The notes below the pieces were generated by a model. That model ran no database searches and was not told where the DNA came from. It saw only the letters and a list, made by a program, of their open reading frames with translations. Position numbers and translations under genes: made by a program. From contig JAANOX010000042.1 in assembly GCA_020184695.1 (NCBI GenBank), positions 1 through 64,000 on the forward strand: DNA of 64,000 nucleotides, read 5' to 3'. This document shows positions 1 through 10,586 of this stretch, piece after piece. Source of the DNA: Histomonas meleagridis 2922-C6/04-290x. Its lineage: Eukaryota; Protista; Parabasalia. Position 1 is the stretch's first letter. Each line of letters starts with the position of its first letter.

Positions 1-441
1 ATCGTTGGATATCTGAACTGTTTTCAATTTTGGTACAACCGCTGAGAACCAGTTTATATTATTTGAACTTAACGTGGAAACATGTTATTTGTAGACAAAG
101 ACATATAAAAAGAAGACTTTATTGCCAACAAGTATTTGGTGTTTGTAATTTATATATTGAGATAGGGGATGTAAATTTTCCTTCATTTATTTCAAAGGAT
201 TCAATTCCTAACTAAGTTAACCTTATTTTAATTGATCGGAAACACTTTGGGTTTTAAATAATTTTTTTTTCAAATATTGTGCGCATATCGAGAAAAATAA
301 AAAAACAACTACAACCATACACAAGAATCCCCAAGAAGAAACATTAACGGTCAGTTTGAACCTTTTAAAAAATCAAAGAATTAGTTTAATTTTTTATTGA
401 TGAATAAAAAAAAAAAAAACATTCGATGTGAACCGATTGAA

Positions 442-479
442 AACGGTTATCGGGAGGTTAACGGTTATGGTCTTCCTTT
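442..479 (+). promoter_or_regulatory. Parabasalid M3 (HRCSGTT) x2 plus M5 (CCTTT) core promoter of RPS10
   Basis: AACGGTT at 442-448 and 460-466, CCTTT at 475-479, ATG at 487. The same arrangement precedes RPL12 and S27a. Confidence 0.75.
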
Positions 480-486
480 CTTTATT

Positions 487-930
487 ATGTTCATCCCAGC
501 TGATATCCGCAGGAAGATCCTCCGTTACTTCTTCGAGAATGGCGTTATTGTTGTCTCCGCTAACAACGCTGGAATCCATGAAGAACTTGAAGTTCTCAAC
601 ATCTACGTTTTCCAACTTGGTCGTTCATTCGTTAACAAGGGTTTCGCTAAGAAACAATATGCATGGACTCATGCTTACTATACATTAAATGACAAAGGTA
701 TTGAATATCTCCGTCGATATTTCGGTCTCCCACCACAAGCTGCACCATTAACACTTGCTCCACGCAAGGCTGACTTCCTTAGAGCCGAGCGTCCAGCAGC
801 ACGTGGCGGTCGTGGACCACGTGGTAATTTCAGCCGCCCAGGACGTGGCAATTTCCGTAACCGTAGATCTGAAGACAAGAAAGAAGAAACCGCTGAAGCA
901 CCAGCTGAAGCAGCTGCTCCAACAGAGTAA
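487..930 (+). CDS. RPS10: 40S ribosomal protein S10 (eS10)
   Basis: MFIPADIRRKILRYFFENGVIVV...YAWTHAYYTLNDKGIEYLRRYFGLP...PLTL plus an RGG-rich tail. The true ATG is 487; the track's upstream extension is promoter sequence. Confidence 0.95.
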   Translation: MFIPADIRRKILRYFFENGVIVVSANNAGIHEELEVLNIYVFQLGRSFVNKGFAKKQYAWTHAYYTLNDKGIEYLRRYFGLPPQAAPLTLAPRKADFLRAERPAARGGRGPRGNFSRPGRGNFRNRRSEDKKEETAEAPAEAAAPTE

Positions 931-1027
931 ATCAATTGATTAATTCGTTTCGATTTTTTGTTTTCTTATTTTCAACGTGCGCCACTTTTTGTTACATTGG
1001 GGTGCCCTAAAAATTGGTCTTGTAGAA

Positions 1028-2017
1028 ATGATTGAAGTGGAAACTAAATATGATAGAATTGGAGAAATAGGTCAAGGAGCATACGGAGAAGTTATCAAGG
1101 CAAGAGAAAGGAGTTCAGGTGATATTGTAGCTTTAAAAAGAATTAAACGTGGTAATTCTACAGATGGTTTTCCAATTACAACTATCCACGAAATTATTCT
1201 TCTTCGTGAGGTCAACCACGAAAATATAACTCGTCTTCGTGATGTGTTTACAGGAAAAGATCGCGACGTCTATCTTGTTTTTGATTATGCTGAATTTGAT
1301 CTTTTTTCACTTATAGGAAGACCTAATTTTTGGACCAAATCTCGAGTAATATGTTATATGCGACAACTTCTTCTTGGGCTTCTGGCATGTCATGAACGGA
1401 GTGTTTATCATCGTGATTTGAAACCTGCTAATATTCTTGTCACAGCAACAAATGATGTTAAAATTGGTGATTTTGGTCTTGCTAAACAGTATTTTAAGCG
1501 AGATTGCCAAAAAACAAGCCAAGTCATCACGGCACCTTATCGTCCACTTGAACTTTTGCTTTGTGGCCCAAATAATTCTTGTAAATATGGTCCTGAAGTT
1601 GACATTTGGAGTCTTGGTTGCATTTTTTATGAGATGATGGTTGGATATTCACCATTTTCACATGGTCTTTCGCAAGAAAAATTAAACGAAGAAAATATAA
1701 TTCTTCGTATCTTCGATATTTGCGGTCTTCCAAATGATCGAGAATGGCCAGAATGGCGAAAACTTCCAAATGCAGAAAATTTTTTCCATTTCAAGCAACA
1801 AACTTATTCTAATCTTGAAACACATCTCACTGAAGTGCTTCCGAATGATTTTCAGCCAGCGAAGTCTTTATTGCTTGGAATGCTTCAATTAAATCCAAAT
1901 GCTCGAAAATCAATCGATGAATTATTTATGCATCCATTCCTAAGATCTGTACCAGATGTAGATCCTAAAAGCATACCGAAGATTGCGATACATGAGGCAC
2001 ATAACTCAAAAAAATAA
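1028..2017 (+). CDS. CMGC cyclin-dependent kinase, CDK9/CDK12-like
   Basis: GQGAYG, VALK, PITTIHE (PITALRE-like), HRDLKPAN, DFG and YRPLELLL. First ATG at 1028. Confidence 0.9.
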   Translation: MIEVETKYDRIGEIGQGAYGEVIKARERSSGDIVALKRIKRGNSTDGFPITTIHEIILLREVNHENITRLRDVFTGKDRDVYLVFDYAEFDLFSLIGRPNFWTKSRVICYMRQLLLGLLACHERSVYHRDLKPANILVTATNDVKIGDFGLAKQYFKRDCQKTSQVITAPYRPLELLLCGPNNSCKYGPEVDIWSLGCIFYEMMVGYSPFSHGLSQEKLNEENIILRIFDICGLPNDREWPEWRKLPNAENFFHFKQQTYSNLETHLTEVLPNDFQPAKSLLLGMLQLNPNARKSIDELFMHPFLRSVPDVDPKSIPKIAIHEAHNSKK

Positions 2018-2742
2018 TCTTTATTTGTTACTAAAAATGTGATAAAATAGATTTCAATGTGAAAACATCGTTTTGTTGTGAAAAAAACATCATCGTTATA
2101 TTGAAATTTATCGGCATTTTTATGCTCATCACCAATAATTATTAAATCTTTATATATATATTATCACTCTCGATGGTGAATTTACTCTGGAAGTCATTAT
2201 GTTGGTTGACAAATAATAGTTATAATGATTCTGCGAATCTAAATATTGGAAATTTAATTAACTATTTGTTTACTAAAAATTGATTTGTAAAAATTTATCT
2301 TTCCAGCTTGGTTCATGCTGTGAATAGCTAAAGCTTACAACACAATTACAAACTGACCAAACATACCCAGCACGTAAGTGGCGAAAAGTTATTCGATTTA
2401 CAAAAAGAGCTTTAAAAAGCATTTGTGTTTCCTTATAATGTCTTTTTAACAAAGGTATGTTTATTGGGAGTTGATGTATACATTTTTTTAATGACTGATA
2501 TCAATCATTTTTAAAAAGCTTCAAAATAAAATATTTAAATAATGTTATATCATTGGTTTTACCTTTTTCATCAAAATTATAAACATACCATTGAATAAGG
2601 TTTTGGTAAAAAATTGTTATGAACAATGTTATGTGTATAATTATGAGCTTGCTTTCATGTTATCCATATGAAATCATAATTATGAAGTTAATGAACTTTG
2701 ACTATGTCTGTTTGATTATTCGTTTTCGGATTTTTTATCTTT

Positions 2743-3510
2743 ATGAAGAATCAATTATCATATCCAGAACTCTCACGAGTTGTGAAATCTCTTTCTTATG
2801 TACAGCAAACGCTATCATTAAAAGTTCCTGTTTTTACAGAAATAATTTCAACAAATAATAAACTTAATGCAACACTAAACCTTGATCAAGGATTTTATGA
2901 CAACTGTCGAATATCAGTTAAGATTTCAGCGAAGTCAGACAAAGAAGAATTTTATCATATTCAAAGTTATCCAATAGTTGAATTTAATTCAATTTTATCA
3001 ATTGTTACATCCCTGCTGCCCAAAATAAAATTCCTTTCCGAAAACCCAACTGCTCTTACGGCTACCTTTGTCAAAGATGCAATTTTGAATTTAAGAACAT
3101 GTGAAGAAATTCTTACAATTCGGAAAAAGCTTACAAACGTTGGAATATGTCCTGATTGGAACTCTGGTTTTGAAGTCCCACCAAACGATAACACTTTTGT
3201 GTCAGTATTTCCATTTCGTGAATCTCTGTATGTTACTGTATATATTGTTGAAGAAACAACGCTCAAACCACGAGAATTGCATACAAGGCCATCACCGTTC
3301 AATTTTGCAACAAATAGTGTCATCACAATCAATGGAAAAAATTACATAATTCGTCATTCGATAATCGGAAAGCAGTCACAACAATTCCTTTCACAAGTTC
3401 TCAGATGGATTAGAGATTCGATTGATGAGTTGGAGTCTGTTGTGACATTGGTTCCAAGCTTTGATGGTTTTGAGGATGATTTTTCAAACAGCGAAAACCC
3501 ATGTGATTGA
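2743..3510 (+). CDS. Rogdi/Rav2-like protein (putative)
   Basis: The C-terminal half (FEVPPNDNTFVSVFPFRESLYVTVYIV...SVITINGKNYIIRH...FLSQVLRWIRDSIDEL) follows the Rogdi pattern. The CDS itself is clear; the family is inferred. Confidence 0.55.
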   Translation: MKNQLSYPELSRVVKSLSYVQQTLSLKVPVFTEIISTNNKLNATLNLDQGFYDNCRISVKISAKSDKEEFYHIQSYPIVEFNSILSIVTSLLPKIKFLSENPTALTATFVKDAILNLRTCEEILTIRKKLTNVGICPDWNSGFEVPPNDNTFVSVFPFRESLYVTVYIVEETTLKPRELHTRPSPFNFATNSVITINGKNYIIRHSIIGKQSQQFLSQVLRWIRDSIDELESVVTLVPSFDGFEDDFSNSENPCD

Positions 3511-3851
3511 TTTGAATAAAATGTATGTTGATTTTATACGATGGGCACGATAGAGAATTATTCTGTTGACACACGATCAAAACTTTGTGAAAAAAAATTA
3601 ACAAATTACTGAGCATTCGCCAAACAGATCCAGATTTACACTAATATAAACAGAATTAAAGAAATAATAAACTCTGAAGAAATTCAAAAACAATAATTTC
3701 TCAACTTGATAAATTTTATTAATTATTTTTTTTTAAAATAATCTGAAAACAAAGAGAAACCTAATAGCACTACTGTTGAAAAGAAAAAAAGTTATTTTTA
3801 AAGAAAGAATGTGAAACACTCAAATTTTGGAAATTTAAAAAAGATGATCAT

Positions 3852-4331
3852 TTACTCGTTTGGAATTGAAATTTCTCCTGAGGTGATCTTCTTTTGAATG
3901 GCTTTAGCATTCTGACCTTCGCATTGTGCTCCCATGGCTTGGCATGTTCCAAGAACTTCTTTAACTGTTCCAGCGAGTGTCTTTGACATTGACTTATGTC
4001 TCATTTGACGAGCAATATCAATGACGTTATCAAGAGTAAGGCTACCTGTATGCTTAACATTCTTTGTCTTCTTACGATCACGATGTGGTTCTTGAAGAGC
4101 ATGAATGATAAGAGTAGATGTTGAAGGAACAACTGAGATTGTTGCTTGACGATCAACAATTGTGATTTGGACAGTGCAACGATATCCCTTATATTCTTCG
4201 GTAGCCTTAGCAACTTGTTGACCAACTTGACCGGAGTTAACACCGAGTGGACCTAGACGTGGGGCAAGCTTAGCTGTAACACCGGATTCACCTCCCCAAA
4301 CACGAACGCGGATGACGACTTCTTGGGACAT
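3852..4331 (-). CDS. RPL12: 60S ribosomal protein L12 (uL11)
   Basis: KLAPRLGPLG, VVPSTSTLIIHALQEPHRDRKK, GTVKEVLGTCQAMG. Confidence 0.97.
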   Translation of the reverse strand: MSQEVVIRVRVWGGESGVTAKLAPRLGPLGVNSGQVGQQVAKATEEYKGYRCTVQITIVDRQATISVVPSTSTLIIHALQEPHRDRKKTKNVKHTGSLTLDNVIDIARQMRHKSMSKTLAGTVKEVLGTCQAMGAQCEGQNAKAIQKKITSGEISIPNE

Positions 4332-4335
4332 CAGA

Positions 4336-4355
4336 AAAGGCCGACCATAACGGTT
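4336..4355 (-). promoter_or_regulatory. M3 plus M5 core promoter of RPL12
   Basis: The minus strand reads AACCGTTATGGTCGGCCTTTTCTG-ATG. Confidence 0.75.
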
Positions 4356-4444
4356 ATTTGACGTCGCACGTTAAATTCTATCGTTCATCAGTTTATATAA
4401 AAGTTGTATCGTTCGTATTGAATTTTGAAACGTTATTTTTTACA

Positions 4445-5143
4445 ATGTATGAAGGAGAAAATAATAATCAAAGCGTCATCGACGATCTTTGCTTAAGTAA
4501 CATACAAGGTCAGCCACCATTCCCACTTTTCTTTTCTTCAACCAAGTTTGTTGCTGCACAAATCCCTGGGATCAACGCCAATGAAACAATTTTGGTTGAC
4601 TTAGCGGCTTCAAATCCAAAACCAGCGAACTGCATCTTAAGCATTATTGCATACGAAAGAAAATTTGTTAAATCAATTGAGTTTCTTAGAACTCAAATCC
4701 TTCCTAAGGTTAAAAATAGTCAATATCAAGAATTAGACGGAGACTACATGCTAAAGCTTACTGTTCTCTGTATGAACCATAAAAAGTTACTTGTTGCTCT
4801 TGATAAAGTATTATCAAATCCCAAAGATATCATTTTGAATTTTATCAATGTTTTAGTTGACCAACCAAATCTTGTTTCTGCCCATGCTGAATATTACCGG
4901 AGATTTTTACAAGACGAAGCAATTGCAGCTGATTTTTCAACACAATATTCTGAAGAGTTTTCCTCTTCAATTGGAGGTAAAACAATCATCCAACTCATGA
5001 AATCATCGAATCAATGGATCGAGTTCATTAACAAAACATCTTTAGAACTTGCATCAAATCTTTCAAATGAGTTCCAAGATCAAAAATCCAGATTAATACA
5101 GTTTGCCTCTCTAATGAACATGATTATGACAACTGTAAAATAG
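4445..5143 (+). CDS. Helical protein, possibly a degenerate DH (RhoGEF) domain
   Basis: Clean ORF from ATG 4445. SIIAYERKFVKSIEFL, LCMNHKKLL, HAEYYRRF and TIIQLMKSSNQWI fall at DH-like spacing. Confidence 0.5.
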   Translation: MYEGENNNQSVIDDLCLSNIQGQPPFPLFFSSTKFVAAQIPGINANETILVDLAASNPKPANCILSIIAYERKFVKSIEFLRTQILPKVKNSQYQELDGDYMLKLTVLCMNHKKLLVALDKVLSNPKDIILNFINVLVDQPNLVSAHAEYYRRFLQDEAIAADFSTQYSEEFSSSIGGKTIIQLMKSSNQWIEFINKTSLELASNLSNEFQDQKSRLIQFASLMNMIMTTVK

Positions 5144-5652
5144 TTGAAATAGTTGTACTTTTTTATTTCTGAGTAAAAATTTATGTCGTCGAATTCTATT
5201 TGTTTAAACAAATAGCTTTCCATTTTTTTTCGAATTAATATCGAAATATTGAATACAAAAAACATTTTGAAATTCTTTGAATACTTCGCACAATGATGCT
5301 AGTTTTTCCCAATTCTACAGGGATAATGAAAACCCAACCCAATGAGTAAAGCTGAATTCAATACTTTATATCAAAAATGAAGTCATCTCAGTTCACCAAA
5401 ATTTTACTGTTTGAATTCACTTTAATTTTTGTATCAAACATTACTTCTCATCAATAACTAAAACCAAATGTTTTAAGAAAAATTTTTTATCTTTAGTCAA
5501 CAACTTTGCTATAATCAAAAAAATTTACAGTTCGCACTTCAATTGAAGACGATAAGATAAATCGAATTAATCTCAAATCAGATATCAGTTATGAAAATAT
5601 TTTTAATCCCTTTTACAAGTTAAAAATTATTCTTCTTTATTGAAAACATATT

Positions 5653-8600
5653 TTATTTCTTCTCATTTTCTATGATCTTTTCCATTTCATCAGAAATTTC
5701 AAGTGCCAGCTTGTAGATTTCATCACGTTTTGGTGCTCCACTCTTTAAGGACAATGCATGTATCACAACATCATTAATTGGGTTAACATGATGAGGTAAA
5801 TCTGATACGAAATAAAATGGTGCAATCGAACAAATAATTCTTGAGCGTGCATATTCTGGTGTATAATAATCTTGGAACGGACAATAGAATGGGTGATGGC
5901 TATGTCTATTTGGTAAAGGTCTTGCACATTTCTCTTTATATTTTTCGAGTATTTCGTCATTATCTGGTAAGAACCTTTCGAGATATTGCATAATTGTTTC
6001 AAGGTTTCTAAACGAAGTTAACTTTTCCCAAACCATTTCATCTACTTCACCTAATGATAACAAGTAAAATGTCTTTTCATAAAATGTTTGGGAATTTGGT
6101 AATGGCTTTTTAACTTGATCTAAAATTCCATCGAATATCTTTTGGCAATCTTTCATTTCAAGCTTATATGAATTCCGCATCCAATATAACTTATAGCCAT
6201 TATGTAATGCATTAAAAAGACTTTCAATGTCACAATTACGAAATGAATTTATTATCATCTTAATGATTTCATTTGTAAGATATTGACGACGATTTTCTTG
6301 AAGTGTTAAAAGTTCTTCGATTTTAACTTTCTTTGCATATAATTGTAAAAGAATTAATAATGACTTACGTGCATCAATAAGTTTAAATTTAGGATTTAAT
6401 TCAGATGTTTTTTCGCTAGCGATATATTTTGTTGAACGTGGATACATTATAAGTGATTGTGCAAATGCGGCTGTAAGTTCCATATCTGTTGGTGGAATAA
6501 ATTCATCATCAGGACGAATAAACTTGAAAATTGTAGAAATTAAATATAATGGAAATTGTATGTTAATATGATCAGTATAAATATGGATTCCAATTTTATT
6601 TAATTTTTCGGGATTTGAAGATTCTAAAGGATTTTGATTTTCAACATCATTAATATCTACTTTAACATCATCAAATATTTTATTTAATAAGTCAGGAAAT
6701 GCGTTTTCATCAAGAAAGATAGCTCTCATTGCAATATATTCATAAATTATTTGCTTAAATAATAATTGTACATATTCGATATCAAGTTCTTTGATTTCAT
6801 TCTTTAATTGGATAATTACATTTAATAATTTGTTAATCGTTGAACAATTATAAGGCGCTTGAGGTGATAATGCATCATAAGGAATTTCAAAGTTCTTAAA
6901 TGAAGTCTTAAATGATTCAGCAATTTCTCGACAGCCTATACTAACCATTGATTCCATCATTAAAAGTATATTATTAATTGCAGATTTTTGACTGATTGAA
7001 AGTTCTTTTGAATTTTGCTTGAATGAATTAAAACATAATGTAATAATAAAGTTACAACAAACTGATCTTGTAATTGAAGGAAGTGGTTCAATATGTCTAT
7101 GAAGTCCATAAGATATTAATGAATCGAGCCATTTAGTAGCATCCAAAATCTTTATGATATACATTCCAAGTTTATCATTAGGATAAACAATTGGAACAAT
7201 TCCTGACTTTTGATCTCGAGCAATTAAATCCTTAAATTGACTAATTTCAGTATGAGATTCAGAATGTTCTAAAATACTATAAAGTGATTCAATTGATAAT
7301 GTATAAGCAGTACTAACATCTTTCAAATGAATTGGCCATGCATCTTGCATATTGAAATCTCCATCTGGGTTTAATTCGAATAAAAATGGATAACCTATAA
7401 CAAACTTTCCAATAATTTTAAAGATTTGAATAATATCATTAGTTATATCTTCTTCATCAAATTCCATTAATTCTTCAAAAGAATCACAATATGTTTCAGA
7501 TGAACAAATACATGATATTGTTGATGAGGTTAACCAATCAAGTGAAGGGGAATCATTTTTAAGACTTTCTCCTATTTTCTTAAGATATCCAAATTCATTA
7601 TTTAAGAAATAATCAATTGCGGCCTGATTTCCTTGACATAACTTATATAATGATTTTAATGCTTTGATTGTTATTTTTCCATTCACAAAAAGTTCGGCTG
7701 AAGAAATTACAGCTCTTTTAGCTCCACGAGAAGAAGGATCAAGTCTCATTAATTTGCCTGTTTCAATGATATGTGATTTAATATCATCTTTTTCTTTTAC
7801 ATTATCAGTAACAATTTTATTTATTTCTGTTTCATCTTCAATATCATTTGAAGTTACTATCATTTCAATACCTTGAACAATATCAAAGTCACCAGATGAA
7901 ATAAGTCCTCCAATAATTGATAATATTTGTTGTCTAAATTGTTGAGAGTTTTTTGGTATAGTAAAACATAATCCATGTGTAATTTTGCTCATGATTGTCA
8001 TAGGCTTGATATTATAAGAATTTGGGGAAAAAGAAAATATTTGACACCCAATTGAATTTAAATTTTGTGCAAGTGAAACCCAATCAGATGCAAATGTGCC
8101 TTCTAATGCTTTTTTTTCCTGCTTGTATTCATTTGTCCAAGATGTACCTTGTATATGAGGTTTATCATCACTAATGAAAATGCAAATTGATGTAAGAGGC
8201 TTTCTGTAAGAGACAATGTCTGAATAGATTTCATATAAACATGTCTTATGTGCTTCAGGACCATCACCACCGCCTGTAGCACATTCCTTCTGAATAGCTT
8301 GAATAATAGTTTGAGGATTATCTTTGAAAATTGTTTTATTAATCACTTTTGGATCGCAATAATCACGAAATCCATAAAAACTAATTAATATACGTTTATA
8401 TTCTCTCTTGATAGTATTAACAATGGATATAAGATTATCTTTGATATTTGTTATCTCACTTGACATTGATCCTGTACAATCTAACGCAATGATGAGATGA
8501 AATGTTGTGGTTTTTGGATCAATAAGAATAACTTTTTCTTTTGGTGTTTCATCTTTAGATTTATCGTGTGTTGTAGAAGCAGCAAAAAGTGCACTAAATG

Positions 8601-8964
8601 TACAAGATGTATCTTTGGAAAATATTATTTTGATACCAACAAGTGAAAGTATACCAAAAGCTCGATGAAACTCTTTGGATATATTGGGAATTTCTTCTTG
8701 AAGTGTAATAGTCATTGAATCTGTTAATTTGCAAAAATGAATTTCTCCTGTTTTGAAAGTTAGAGAAGAATCAAATGAAAATATAATCGTTTTGTCCGTG
8801 ATTAGTGGAGTAATTGCATTGTCTATTTGATTAAAAACAATTAATACATCTATAGGTTCATTTGGATTTGTGTTTAGAAATGTTTTGATTTGTTTTGACT
8901 CAAAAGCTGCAGCAAAGTCTGTTGCTTCTGAAACATTTCCATATATAACAATTTTGAGGTTCAT
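5653..8964 (-). CDS. Large vWA-domain protein (1103 aa)
   Basis: MIDAS motif LDCTGSM, FYGFRDYCD, GGGDGPEAH, FISDDKPH. Initiator TCACTT/TCATA lies upstream. Confidence 0.85.
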   Translation of the reverse strand: MNLKIVIYGNVSEATDFAAAFESKQIKTFLNTNPNEPIDVLIVFNQIDNAITPLITDKTIIFSFDSSLTFKTGEIHFCKLTDSMTITLQEEIPNISKEFHRAFGILSLVGIKIIFSKDTSCTFSALFAASTTHDKSKDETPKEKVILIDPKTTTFHLIIALDCTGSMSSEITNIKDNLISIVNTIKREYKRILISFYGFRDYCDPKVINKTIFKDNPQTIIQAIQKECATGGGDGPEAHKTCLYEIYSDIVSYRKPLTSICIFISDDKPHIQGTSWTNEYKQEKKALEGTFASDWVSLAQNLNSIGCQIFSFSPNSYNIKPMTIMSKITHGLCFTIPKNSQQFRQQILSIIGGLISSGDFDIVQGIEMIVTSNDIEDETEINKIVTDNVKEKDDIKSHIIETGKLMRLDPSSRGAKRAVISSAELFVNGKITIKALKSLYKLCQGNQAAIDYFLNNEFGYLKKIGESLKNDSPSLDWLTSSTISCICSSETYCDSFEELMEFDEEDITNDIIQIFKIIGKFVIGYPFLFELNPDGDFNMQDAWPIHLKDVSTAYTLSIESLYSILEHSESHTEISQFKDLIARDQKSGIVPIVYPNDKLGMYIIKILDATKWLDSLISYGLHRHIEPLPSITRSVCCNFIITLCFNSFKQNSKELSISQKSAINNILLMMESMVSIGCREIAESFKTSFKNFEIPYDALSPQAPYNCSTINKLLNVIIQLKNEIKELDIEYVQLLFKQIIYEYIAMRAIFLDENAFPDLLNKIFDDVKVDINDVENQNPLESSNPEKLNKIGIHIYTDHINIQFPLYLISTIFKFIRPDDEFIPPTDMELTAAFAQSLIMYPRSTKYIASEKTSELNPKFKLIDARKSLLILLQLYAKKVKIEELLTLQENRRQYLTNEIIKMIINSFRNCDIESLFNALHNGYKLYWMRNSYKLEMKDCQKIFDGILDQVKKPLPNSQTFYEKTFYLLSLGEVDEMVWEKLTSFRNLETIMQYLERFLPDNDEILEKYKEKCARPLPNRHSHHPFYCPFQDYYTPEYARSRIICSIAPFYFVSDLPHHVNPINDVVIHALSLKSGAPKRDEIYKLALEISDEMEKIIENEKK

Positions 8965-10586
8965 ATTAATTTATGAAGTGAGAAATTCGTCGAGATTTCC
9001 TTTCAAAAAGTTAGAATAGGTTTAAAAAATGCCAGTAACATTCAAAAATTTTGAATGCAATTGACATGTGATATAAAATATGATAAATCTCAAGATGGAA
9101 CTAAAGAATCGGTTCAGGTTCTCATCAGACACCCTCTACATATATAAAATACTTCCAAGGTTTCAATGAAATCACCGTTTAATCTCAAAATTCAAGAATA
9201 TTGTAAAAAATACAATGAAAATAGACATATTGTTCGATGCGCAAATGAAATTGATTACAAGCAGAAGAAAGGAAGACCCTCTTTCAAAAGTTAAAACAAA
9301 TATCCCAAGATGGTAATTAAATAGAACAAATGAACAGAAAAAATTTTTGGTAATTTCTTTAAATTTTGTATTATAGAATGTTTTGAAAAGGCGTTTATGT
9401 AAGAAAACCATTTTGGGGCATATCGTTTCTATTATTTACACTGTAGCATAAATGTTAGAGAAGTTGTTTTTTTCATGTATTCTTCAAAAATGCCACTGTG
9501 TTTTTTCCCTTGTTATTATTAATTTTCGAAAAATGGAAAGAAAGACTCCAACTATTAGTGAAGATTATAATAATCAATAATGAAAATCATGGGTAAAAAG
9601 GGTAAATAAGCTGTTTGATACATTCATATGGAACTATTTGCTGCGGAATTTCATCCATTATTACTGATTTGCATGTATAACTTATGCAGCATCTCAAACC
9701 TCATTCAAAATGGCAAAAAAGTTTACAAAAGGAAAATTGTTCTTCTCAACATATTACATAATCATTCCATCGATGACAACGAAGTCAACAAAACATTTTT
9801 TAATATAATGACATAACTTATAATTAATGGCGATGAAACAACATTTACTGATTCAATTTGGTGCTATATCCAAATAATGGATGAATATATCACCAATTCA
9901 TTTATCCAAAAAAAAGAGGAAAAAAGGTGAGAGGGAAAAAAAAAGAAAAAAAAAGTGTTTTTATTTATTGGAAGTATTATGAGCTATGTATAGAATTTTG
10001 GAATGAATAGTTTATACATTGAACAAGGCTTCGGGTTGATTTATTTTCGATAATAACAAGAAAAGTGACAATAAAACAAAACATAGTCAAAAAATAAACG
10101 GTCTCTTAACGCGTAATTTTTTTTTTTTCCTTCATCATTTTAAATGAATTTTTGCATTTTTTTTATAAAATTTATTATTTTCCATACACTGCTAGCAGGA
10201 CTGTATTTTACGTAGATCAAATATGCAATATCAGCGCTTTTAAAATTAACACATTAACTAATTTTTTCAATCCCAATATTTTTCTATTATACTCTTATCT
10301 TTTTTATATCTATATCTAAATGAGTTTATTTTAAAGATTTCTTATTGTTTGCGGAACATTCTTGTCAATAATAAACATTGAGTTTTGAATTCAAAAATTA
10401 TCCATTTTTATAATCTTAATTAATTTTGAAAATCTCTTTAAAACAAAGTTGATCCCATAATAAAATTCATTAAATGTTATCTACATCGTATTTGTTATAT
10501 AATCACACTACAAAACAACATTTAAAAATGGAACATAAATTTATCCTTTATATTAACAAAATACTTTATCCAAACACATATCCGTT

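Noticed and set aside
2050-2700. Short ORFs and a GTATGT in the CDK-Rogdi spacer
   Set aside because: AT-rich and low-complexity, with no acceptor motif or domain.
9050-9920. Protein-like fragments in the 1.6-kb gap after the vWA gene
   Set aside because: Many stops in all frames and no recognisable motif; possibly an old remnant but unsupported.
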